Assembly (NCBI GenBank): GCA_902597015.1
Contig: CACJWQ010000002.1
Location: 28,383-92,382 of the forward strand
Source of the DNA: an uncultured Alphaproteobacteria bacterium
GTDB taxonomy: Bacteria; Pseudomonadota; Alphaproteobacteria; HIMB59; GCA-002718135
Direction: 5' to 3'
Length of the DNA stretch: 64,000 nucleotides
Of this stretch, positions 47,507 to 55,375 are shown piece after piece. The first letter of the stretch is position 1; every line of letters begins with the position of its first letter. Made by a program: the position numbers and the translations under genes. The notes beneath the pieces are model-generated. The model was given only the letters and a program-made list of their open reading frames with translations, was not told the origin of the DNA and did not search any database.

Positions 47507-49015
47507 TTAGGCTTTTAGTAATTTTTTCTTCCAACTATCATAAGATAGCTCAACAAAAAGATTTTTATCATTACCTAATATTTTACTAATCTCATTGTAA
47601 GTATTTCCTGGGCCACAAAAATGATATTTTTCTATAATTTTAGGATATTTATCAATACTCGCCTTAAAAGCTGAACTGCTCATCCAATAAAAGTACTTTT
47701 TCTTTTCTATATCTATTTCAAAATCAATAGACTCCAATTGATACGTTTCAATTTTATTTTTTATGGAACTTTCAGGAGATTGAGAATGAGTTAACTTAAC
47801 CCAAGGATTATTTGTAAGTGAATTAATATCTTTATCAAAATCCTCACCAAGACCATCTGAAGTTCCATTAACCCAAATACCTCTTTCAGATAAATTTTTC
47901 CATGTTCTTAAACCACTAGTCCAAATAACATTATTTGATTGGATTTTTGACTTATCTGGGATTGAGCTAATTCGTGAAACATAAATACATTTATTTTGTA
48001 AATTATTTAAATCATCAACATTTTTATTTAATTGTTTTCTAGAAAATATTTTATAATTTTTTAAATTTTCAGGATAAATTTCATCTGTTGTATTACTAGA
48101 AAAACTTATATCTTTTGGATCAATAAAATCCCAGCTCTCAAAATGATTGCCATTTTCATCTTCACCTCTTTTAGATACAACTAATCCTAATTTATGTGAG
48201 ATGTAAGATACTCCTATTTTTTGGTGACATCCTCCTCCATAATTTTTTAAAATATTTCTTTCTTGAATAACATTTGAATAATCTTTGGAAAAATTAATAT
48301 CATTTAAAATTTCGTTAAGTTTATTATCTTTAATTCTTGTTTCAATCGCTAGAGCTCCTTGTCCAGGAGAACAAGGATTTATAGACAATGGTAAAACAGA
48401 CCATAGACATTCGTTAATATATTTTTTTAGAGTTGTTTTTAATTCATTGAATTCAGAATAATTATTTAAAAGTAATCTATCAATTGCTGCCTTGGCAACA
48501 ATGAAACCATCACTATTAGGATCTTCCAAAAATTTTTTAAATCTAGTAGGTATGTTACCTCTTATATTTTCAAAGCAAACTTCATCAAACTTTTGTGGAA
48601 GATAATTTTCAATAAAATTTTCTAAATTATATTGTCTTCGAGGTGATGAGCAAAGAATAGTAATTTTCTTACTATCTAATGTTATATTTTTTTTTAAGAA
48701 TAATATATCTCGTTTATCAGCACGTTTTAATGTAGCAGCAATTTTAGTTTTCTCACCAACTTCAATTGGAAGATCCTTCCAAGAGTGGACAATTAAATCA
48801 CATTTGTTATTTATTAATTCATCTCTTAAATCATTAGTAAAAACACCTTCTGTTGGCATTTCAGAAAGAGGGGTCTTTAGATCTTTATCTCCAGAGGTAC
48901 TTCTCGTTAAAAATTCTATTTCTACAAATGGATGTTTTGATGCTAAGTAATCAGAAAACTCACGTGCTTGAATAATTGCTAAGTCACTTTTTCTCGATAA
49001 AACTCTAATTTTCAT
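47507..49015 (-). CDS. hemC: Porphobilinogen deaminase with a roughly 200-aa C-terminal HemD-like extension
   Basis: 502 aa. HemC motifs DLIVHSWKDLP, CSSPRRQ, IRGNIPTRF, PGQGALAIETR and the cofactor Cys in GGGCHQKIG (Cys263). Residues around 300-502 are extra and weakly resemble uroporphyrinogen-III synthase. Confidence 0.85.
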   Translation of the reverse strand: MKIRVLSRKSDLAIIQAREFSDYLASKHPFVEIEFLTRSTSGDKDLKTPLSEMPTEGVFTNDLRDELINNKCDLIVHSWKDLPIEVGEKTKIAATLKRADKRDILFLKKNITLDSKKITILCSSPRRQYNLENFIENYLPQKFDEVCFENIRGNIPTRFKKFLEDPNSDGFIVAKAAIDRLLLNNYSEFNELKTTLKKYINECLWSVLPLSINPCSPGQGALAIETRIKDNKLNEILNDINFSKDYSNVIQERNILKNYGGGCHQKIGVSYISHKLGLVVSKRGEDENGNHFESWDFIDPKDISFSSNTTDEIYPENLKNYKIFSRKQLNKNVDDLNNLQNKCIYVSRISSIPDKSKIQSNNVIWTSGLRTWKNLSERGIWVNGTSDGLGEDFDKDINSLTNNPWVKLTHSQSPESSIKNKIETYQLESIDFEIDIEKKKYFYWMSSSAFKASIDKYPKIIEKYHFCGPGNTYNEISKILGNDKNLFVELSYDSWKKKLLKA

Positions 49016-49057
49016 GGATTATATTTATTTAGATAGCACTATATAATAAAATTAGTA

Positions 49058-49621
49058 ATGGTTGAATTTAAAGGTACAAAATCTTCGTGGGGCTTGGTTG
49101 CAAAACTTTTTCATTGGTCATTAGCACTTCTTCTTTTTTGGCAAGTTGCAACAGGGATTAGCCTTCATAATATGGAATTTTCTCCTCTTAAAATGGGTTT
49201 TATTATTACTCATAAATTTTTTGGCACCTTAGTCTTTAGTTTAGTTGTACTTAGATTAATGTGGAAATACATATTTAATACTCATCCGAAATATGAAAAT
49301 ATTCCTTTATTTCATAAATTGGTTTCGAATTTAGTCCATTTTGTACTTTATGGTTTAGTTGTTCTTATTCCTATTCAAGGTACCTTTATGACATGGCTTG
49401 GAGGAGAAGATGTCCATCTCTTGGGATTAATTAAAATACCACCTTTAATCGAAGAGAACTTTTTTCTATACCCTCAAGCTCTAGCTATACACTACTACTC
49501 AGCACTTATATTAACAGCTCTTTTTTCACTTCATATTGCAGCGGCATTGTATCATAGATTTATGATTAAAGATAAATATGGTGTCTGGAAGAGAATGTCT
49601 TTTAGTAGACATAAGGTGTGA
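49058..49621 (+). CDS. Cytochrome b561 family protein (CybB-like)
   Basis: 187 aa, 4 TM helices, with conserved His positions (KLFHWSLALLL, THKFFG, HFVLYGL, AALYHRF). Confidence 0.78.
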   Translation: MVEFKGTKSSWGLVAKLFHWSLALLLFWQVATGISLHNMEFSPLKMGFIITHKFFGTLVFSLVVLRLMWKYIFNTHPKYENIPLFHKLVSNLVHFVLYGLVVLIPIQGTFMTWLGGEDVHLLGLIKIPPLIEENFFLYPQALAIHYYSALILTALFSLHIAAALYHRFMIKDKYGVWKRMSFSRHKV

Positions 49622-49676
49622 CAATTCATTCAATTAAATACTTACAATTAAAGATTGGGTAAGATATCTAATAAAT

Positions 49677-50912
49677 ATGCAATACAAAAGTTTCTTTAAA
49701 TCTGAATTAAAAAATCTTAAAGAACAAGGACTTTATAGAGACTTTAGAAACATAGACAGACCTATAAAAAGTTTTCCAAATGCAGATGAAAGTTTTAAAA
49801 ACAAAGAAAGAGAAGTTGAGGTTTGGTGCTCTAATGACTATCTAAACATGAGTCAGCATCCAGAGGTAGTAAATGAAATTGTAAAAACACTACTTGAATA
49901 TGGATCAGGTTCAGGTGGAACAAGAAATATTTCTGGTACATCAACTTATCATACTGAACTTGAAAAAAAACTGGCAAATGTTCACAATAAAGAAGCAGCA
50001 TTAGTTTTTGCTTCTGCGTATACAGCAAACCAATCTACTTTATGGACTTTAGGAAAAAAAATTAAAAATATTGAGATATTTTCTGATGAATTAAATCACG
50101 CATCTTTAATACAAGGTATTAAGAATAGTGGAGCTAAGTGTCATATATTTAAACACAATGACATTGATCATTTAGAACAGTTACTAAAAGAGTCAAATGT
50201 TGATAATCCTAAGTTAATCGTTTTTGAAAGTTTATACTCTATGGAAGGTATAAGATCGCCTATAGTTAAAATTGTAGAGTTAGCAAAAAAATATAACTGT
50301 ATGACATATCTGGATGAAGTTCATTCAGTTGGACTTTACGGTGAAGAAGGTAAAGGTATTGCAGTAGAAATGGGAGTTGAAGATAAAATAGATATTATTA
50401 ATGGAACTTTAGCAAAAGCATATGGTCAAATGGGAGGTTATATTGCAGCTAGTTCAGAAATAATTGATTACATTAGAAGTTTCGCTCCAGGTTTTATTTT
50501 TACAACTTCAATCTGCCCATCAATTGCTGCAGGAGCAGTTAAAGCAATAGATATTGTTTCTCTGGCAGAGCAATTAAGAATAAGAATAAAAGAAAATGCA
50601 GCTTTAATAAGAGAAAATTTAGATTCCTTAGCAATCCCTTATTTGGATACAAATTCTCATATTGTGGCAGTATTAATTAATGATCCTTTTTTATGCAAAA
50701 AAGTGTCTAAAGATTTAATTGATGATCATGGTATTTATGCACAACCAATTTTTTACCCAACTGTACCAAAAGGTTTAGAAAGACTGAGAATAACTGTTAC
50801 CCCAAAACACAGAAAAGAGCATATTGAAAAAATGATTAAGGCTCTTGATTCAGTTTGGTCTAAAAACAATTTACCAAGAAAAAATATTAATAAAGTTACA
50901 GCAAATATTTAA
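49677..50912 (+). CDS. hemA: 5-aminolevulinate synthase
   Basis: 411 aa. [29 protein letters not shown] and TLAKAYG (PLP Lys) motifs. Confidence 0.93.
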   Translation: MQYKSFFKSELKNLKEQGLYRDFRNIDRPIKSFPNADESFKNKEREVEVWCSNDYLNMSQHPEVVNEIVKTLLEYGSGSGGTRNISGTSTYHTELEKKLANVHNKEAALVFASAYTANQSTLWTLGKKIKNIEIFSDELNHASLIQGIKNSGAKCHIFKHNDIDHLEQLLKESNVDNPKLIVFESLYSMEGIRSPIVKIVELAKKYNCMTYLDEVHSVGLYGEEGKGIAVEMGVEDKIDIINGTLAKAYGQMGGYIAASSEIIDYIRSFAPGFIFTTSICPSIAAGAVKAIDIVSLAEQLRIRIKENAALIRENLDSLAIPYLDTNSHIVAVLINDPFLCKKVSKDLIDDHGIYAQPIFYPTVPKGLERLRITVTPKHRKEHIEKMIKALDSVWSKNNLPRKNINKVTANI

Positions 50913-51811
50913 GTTTTAATATTCATATCAATCTGCCTAGCAGCAAAACCATAATAAACTACAGCTAAAGTTATTATGAAACCTCCGATTATTACAGTTG
51001 TACTTGGTACTTCATTAATTCCAAAAATAGGAAGCCAAACCCACAGAACTCCTCCAACAACTTCCATTAAAGATAAAAGTGCTAGCTCAGCTGAGGGTAA
51101 GTATTTTGCTCCAAGACTGTAAAGTATTAAGCCGGCTGCAACAATTATTCCATGAAGTATACTCAAATAACTATTTATTTCAGGCATCAGAATAAAAGGT
51201 TCAAAAGAGAAGCCTAAAATAAAGAACGCAAATATTGTACAAAATAGTCCCGCTAAAACAACTGTTGTGAATTTTGGTGTTTCAGGTTTCCATCTTATTG
51301 TTACCGTGTATAATGCAAAACCAGTTGCAGAAATAAATCCTATTATTGCACCTAAAGCAGTTCCAGAAATACTGTCATTTATAATCATTACGCACACACC
51401 TATAAATGCTACAACCATGGCAATTAATGTTGATCTTTTTAGTATTTCGCCAAGAACAAAATAACCAACAATGGCTGCAATAAAAGGCATCGCTGCTAAC
51501 ATAAATAATGTTACGGCAGCCGTAGTCATAGTAATAGAAAAAATGAACCCAGTAAAAGCTGTTGCTAGAAATAAACCTCCAAGTATAGATGGTATTCCTA
51601 TTTTGAGAAAATTTTTATAAAAAGCAAATCCTTCCCGAAAAAATAAATATACAAGAAGTATAATTGAAATAGTTAAGCCTCTATAAAATAAATATTGAAA
51701 AACATATTGATGACCATCCACCATATATCTAACAGTCAACGCTCCAAAACTCCAAAAAATTCCAGCAAGAAAAACTAAACTAAAGGCATATAGATAAGAA
51801 TTTTTACTCAT
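50909..51811 (-). CDS. EamA/DMT family transporter
   Basis: 300 aa, 10 TM helices, with the duplicated EamA-domain layout. Confidence 0.83.
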   Translation of the reverse strand: MSKNSYLYAFSLVFLAGIFWSFGALTVRYMVDGHQYVFQYLFYRGLTISIILLVYLFFREGFAFYKNFLKIGIPSILGGLFLATAFTGFIFSITMTTAAVTLFMLAAMPFIAAIVGYFVLGEILKRSTLIAMVVAFIGVCVMIINDSISGTALGAIIGFISATGFALYTVTIRWKPETPKFTTVVLAGLFCTIFAFFILGFSFEPFILMPEINSYLSILHGIIVAAGLILYSLGAKYLPSAELALLSLMEVVGGVLWVWLPIFGINEVPSTTVIIGGFIITLAVVYYGFAARQIDMNIKT

Positions 51812-51857
51812 TGTTTAAAGGTCAAATCATTAAATTTGATAAAAGTAAATTAATAAT

Positions 51858-51953
51858 TTAGTTATTTATTTGAATACCAGTTTCTTTACTTCCTGAGATC
51901 TTAAAATTAACTTTATTATCATCATTTTTTTGTATTTCAGATACGTCTGACAT
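51858..51953 (-). other. 31-codon ORF in the largest intergenic gap (MSDVSEIQKNDDNKVNFKISGSKETGIQINN); coding status unknown
   Basis: ATG..TAA read by hand on the minus strand. No Shine-Dalgarno sequence and no recognisable family. Confidence 0.15.
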
Positions 51954-51985
51954 TTTGCAACTGGCAATAAAAAGAAATAAAATAA

Positions 51986-52489
51986 TTATTGGCAACTGCC
52001 TATAGAACCAAGAGCACATTTTTTACCGTCTATCCATATAGCATTTGACAAATTTGCTTCATCAAACATTGCTCCAGAAATATTAGCACCAAGTAGATTT
52101 GCCTCATATAGATTTGCACCTTTAAAAGTCGCTCCAAAGAGATTAGATCCCTCAAAGTTAACTTTTGCAAGGTTTGCATTATCAAAGTTAGCATTATTAC
52201 AATTAGCTCCCTGTAAATTTGAAGCATATAAATTTGAATTACTGAAATTTGAGAAGATAAAATTACCAATAGATAAATTTGAATTATTAAGTTGAGATTT
52301 TTCAAAATTAGATAAAGATAAATTAACTCCTGACATTTGAGAATTTGCCAAACCAGTACCAGAAAGATCGAGGTTTTCTACAAAATTACAATTAGTCCAA
52401 TCCACCTCATTTGCAGGTTGATCACTGCATGCAGCAAATACAGGATATGAGCTAAAGAAACTTAAGACAAATAAAATTAAAAATCTCAT
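51986..52489 (-). CDS. Secreted (possibly lipoprotein) pentapeptide-repeat protein
   Basis: 167 aa. Signal peptide MRFLILFVLSFFSSYPVFA followed by AC. About 20 consecutive A(D/N)LxX pentapeptides (ANLAKVNFEGSNLFGATFKGANLYEANLLGANISGAMFDEANL). Confidence 0.8.
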   Translation of the reverse strand: MRFLILFVLSFFSSYPVFAACSDQPANEVDWTNCNFVENLDLSGTGLANSQMSGVNLSLSNFEKSQLNNSNLSIGNFIFSNFSNSNLYASNLQGANCNNANFDNANLAKVNFEGSNLFGATFKGANLYEANLLGANISGAMFDEANLSNAIWIDGKKCALGSIGSCQ

Positions 52490-52530
52490 ACTTAATTTTT
52501 ATGATCAGTTTATGTTAAATTTAAGGCAAA

Positions 52531-54297
52531 TTAGCGTGAAGTGAGTTTTAATTCAATCCTTCTATTCTGTTGTAGATCACTCTCAGTTTCTCCATTACTA
52601 ATAGGATAAAACTCTCCATATCCTGCAGATGCTAATCTATTTGGTGGAAAACCAAGATCAAGAAGAAGTTTTAAAACTGTATTAGCTCTAGCTGAAGATA
52701 ATTCCCAGTTAGAAGGATATCTAATTGTTTGTATGGGTTTTTTGTCAGTGTGTCCTTCTACCATGATAATCCAGTCAATATCTGAAGGAATATCATTAGT
52801 AGTCTCTTTTAAAGTAAGGCCAATTTCACTTAACTTTTCTTTGCCAGATAATTGTAAATCTGCTGAAGCAGAATCAAATAATAGCTCTGATTCAAAAATA
52901 AATCTATCTCCTACAATCTTAATGTCTTTTCTATCACCTAAAATAGATTGTAATTTTCCGAAAAACTCAGATCTATATTTTTGGAGCTCAAATACTTTCG
53001 ATGTAAGGGCTTTGTTTAACTTTTCACCTAGCACCTCTATTTCTAAATCTTTAATCAAAGCCTGGCTTTCACTAGCTTCTAAAGCATCATTAAGTAAAGC
53101 TATTTCTTTTTGCAAAGTATCAATTTGATTAGAAAGAATTTCTACCTGTTGTAATGTTTTTGAAGCTTGTATTTCCATATTTTTAATTTCTTCAAGTGAT
53201 GTTTCTTTTTGTGTTTGACTTTCTTGTTCTAATGAAACAATTTGAGTTTGAAGTAACTCAAGTTTTTCTAGTTGTTGTTTTTGTTTATCTTCTGACAAAG
53301 AAAGAATATTATTTAGTTCAGATATTTTTCCTCGTAAATTAAAAATAGTACTATCTTTCTGAATTAAATCTTTATTTAATCTTGCTAATTCTTCATTTTT
53401 AAACCTAATTGCCTTAAGTTGTTCATTAAGTGATGCATCTTTTAAGCCAAGACTATCATTAATTTCTAAAAGATCATTCATTAGTTCTTGATATTGGGAT
53501 ATTTGACTTTGTAGTTCTTCATCTCTTAATGATAATTCAGTGTTTGTCTTTTCTAATTCATCATTTAAACTTAGAAGTTTTTCATTTTTATTTTTAATTG
53601 CAAGTAACTGCTCTTCAATTCCTCCTTCCTCTAAACCCAGACTTTCGTTAATGGCCATTAAATTTTCATTCTTTTCATTTAATTCTGCTATTGTAGATTT
53701 GAGAGATTTTTCACTTTCAAGTAGTTTAAAATTAGCATTATCTAATTCTTGATTAAGTATTTTTAGTTGATCAATTCTTTTTGCAAGTGCTTTATTAATT
53801 CGTTCTCCAAGTCCCTCGGTTTCAAGTAAAGTAATTTCTTGTCCTTCATAAGTTTCTAATGCATTTGCAACTATTCTCAGTTCTTTTAAAAGACTACTAA
53901 TTTGCTCGGATAAAGCTATTATATTTTGTTCCTGAACAAATATTTCTGATCGTTTTTTTGCAACATCAGTTTGTAATTGCTCACTTAATAATTGCTCACT
54001 TTGTAAATTTAATTCTGTATCTTCAAGTTTTTTCTCAGTTTCAGAAAGAGTTGAAAGAGCTTCTTCTTTATCTTTTGTTTCAATAACAAGTATTTTAGAT
54101 AATTCATTTATTTGTGTTCTTAAATCTTGAAGCGCCTTATCTCGGCCAGATATAGCATCACTCAGATATATTTGCGAAACAGTAAAAACCATTAGCACAA
54201 ATATGATTACTATTAAAAGAGTAGCTAGAACATCTACAAAACCAGGCCAAATATTTGTTGTATCAGCAAGTCTATTTCTTAAAGACCTAGTAGACAT
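52531..54297 (-). CDS. MotB/TolR-like membrane protein with a roughly 400-aa coiled coil and a C-terminal OmpA-type peptidoglycan-binding domain
   Basis: 588 aa. WPGFVDVLATLLIVIIFVLMVF (TM helix with stator-type Asp22). Residues around 50-450 are heptad-like and E/L/K/Q-rich. C-terminus carries YRSEFFGKL, MVEGHTDKKPI, NWELSSARANTV and NRRIELKL. Confidence 0.8.
   Translation of the reverse strand: MSTRSLRNRLADTTNIWPGFVDVLATLLIVIIFVLMVFTVSQIYLSDAISGRDKALQDLRTQINELSKILVIETKDKEEALSTLSETEKKLEDTELNLQSEQLLSEQLQTDVAKKRSEIFVQEQNIIALSEQISSLLKELRIVANALETYEGQEITLLETEGLGERINKALAKRIDQLKILNQELDNANFKLLESEKSLKSTIAELNEKNENLMAINESLGLEEGGIEEQLLAIKNKNEKLLSLNDELEKTNTELSLRDEELQSQISQYQELMNDLLEINDSLGLKDASLNEQLKAIRFKNEELARLNKDLIQKDSTIFNLRGKISELNNILSLSEDKQKQQLEKLELLQTQIVSLEQESQTQKETSLEEIKNMEIQASKTLQQVEILSNQIDTLQKEIALLNDALEASESQALIKDLEIEVLGEKLNKALTSKVFELQKYRSEFFGKLQSILGDRKDIKIVGDRFIFESELLFDSASADLQLSGKEKLSEIGLTLKETTNDIPSDIDWIIMVEGHTDKKPIQTIRYPSNWELSSARANTVLKLLLDLGFPPNRLASAGYGEFYPISNGETESDLQQNRRIELKLTSR
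53362..53667 (-). repeat. Internal duplication inside the coiled-coil gene (two ~40-codon units, 53548-53667 and 53362-53481)
   Basis: ENLMAINESLGLEEGGIEEQLLAIKNKNEKLLSLNDELEK aligns with MNDLLEINDSLGLKDASLNEQLKAIRFKNEELARLNKDLIQ. Nucleotide blocks such as ttcattttta and taattgc are shared. Confidence 0.6.
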
Positions 54298-54299
54298 TA

Positions 54300-55325
54300 T
54301 TATTTTTTAATTTTCTTTAGTTCTTTTTCAATTTTCTGAAAATACTCTTTAACTTTTTTTGCTTCTAATATTCCATTTTTGCTTAAAGCTTCTGTAAGGT
54401 TCATTAGTGTAGATTGTGTGTTTAATTGTGAAGATAAAAAATTTGATAATTGCTTATCAAGATTTGAAGAGTTGGAATTGATTTTGTTAAGTATTTCATT
54501 AAACTTCTCTAAATTGTTTGAAATTTTAGTTTGATTGTCAGATGATTTCTTAAAAGCATTTAGGAGGTTTTCTAAGTTGTCATAGATTTTTTGAATTGCT
54601 TCACCTGTAGGCTTATCTTCTACTTTAGAAAAATCTGGAGATGAATTGCTATTAAGTATTTTTTCAAAGTATTGACTAAATTTATTTTGAGCTTGTCCAA
54701 GATTTAAATCAAGTAATCCTAATATTAAAGAGCCAGCTAAACCTAATAAAGAACTGCTAAATGCAATACTCATTCCTTCAAGTGGAGCGTTTAATCCATC
54801 TTTAAGAGAATTAAAAAAACCTGCAACATTTGTATCATCTATACCTAAGCCGCTGATAACATTGCCAACAGATCCAATGGTTTTTAGAAGTCCCCAGAAA
54901 GTTCCAAGGAGTCCTAAAAAAACTAGCAAGCCTACCAGGTAACGAGAAGTTTCTCTTATGCTTATCAAAGTCATATCAGAATTCTCTATCAATCTATTTA
55001 TTGATGAACTTTTAAAAACAAATTTTCCGTCAAGATTTTTTAATTCAAGAGAAATATTTTTGTCTTGCCCTCTTAAAGTAGAGAATGCTTCTATAGAATT
55101 TGTAATATTAAAGTTCGAGAAAGATATATATTTGTTATTTAAGTTAATGAGATGAAAAAAATTAAATACAATTCCAGTTAATAGGGCTAATAAAATTATA
55201 ATGTTAATAAAAATATTTGATAAAAAAGCATTTTGTAAAACTGGGTATAATAAAACAACAATAACAAAGACAGCGACCAAGAAAATTGATGCTCTAATTA
55301 TATAATTATTTAAGGATAGCGCCAT
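54300..55325 (-). CDS. MotA/TolQ/ExbB-family proton-channel protein with a C-terminal coiled-coil tail
   Basis: 341 aa. Hydrophobic helices near residues 12-30, 36-57, 128-150 and 184-206. FLGLLGTFWGLLKTIG and SIAFSSSLLGLAGSLILGLL resemble the TolQ/ExbB channel helices. The last ~130 aa are coiled-coil-like. Confidence 0.72.
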   Translation of the reverse strand: MALSLNNYIIRASIFLVAVFVIVVLLYPVLQNAFLSNIFINIIILLALLTGIVFNFFHLINLNNKYISFSNFNITNSIEAFSTLRGQDKNISLELKNLDGKFVFKSSSINRLIENSDMTLISIRETSRYLVGLLVFLGLLGTFWGLLKTIGSVGNVISGLGIDDTNVAGFFNSLKDGLNAPLEGMSIAFSSSLLGLAGSLILGLLDLNLGQAQNKFSQYFEKILNSNSSPDFSKVEDKPTGEAIQKIYDNLENLLNAFKKSSDNQTKISNNLEKFNEILNKINSNSSNLDKQLSNFLSSQLNTQSTLMNLTEALSKNGILEAKKVKEYFQKIEKELKKIKK

Positions 55326-55334
55326 AAACGAAAG

Positions 55335-55361
55335 ATTATATTACCTGCCTTGGAAATTCAA
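55335..55361 (-). promoter_or_regulatory. Possible sigma70-type promoter for the stator-like operon (TTGAAT, 15-nt spacer, TATAAT)
   Basis: The minus strand reads TTGAATttccaaggcaggtaaTATAAT, ending 9 nt before the ATG at 55325. The spacer is short and the -10 is very close to the start codon. Confidence 0.2.
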
Positions 55362-55375
55362 TAAATATAAACTGT

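Noticed and set aside
52030-52305. 91-aa same-strand ORF in an alternative frame inside the pentapeptide-repeat gene
   Set aside because: Its QIY-rich repetitive translation is a by-product of the 15-nt periodicity of the pentapeptide repeats. The other frame gives a clean signal peptide plus a canonical repeat protein.
52531-55325. Zorya-type anti-phage system (ZorA/ZorB)
   Set aside because: The MotA-like plus MotB-like pairing and the coiled-coil tail on the channel subunit are reminiscent of Zorya. However, no ZorC/D/E/F/G-type effector (helicase, nuclease or HNH) is adjacent, the tail is short, and the very long coiled coil sits on the MotB-like partner instead. The flanking genes are housekeeping. 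A defence role is not excluded but is unsupported.
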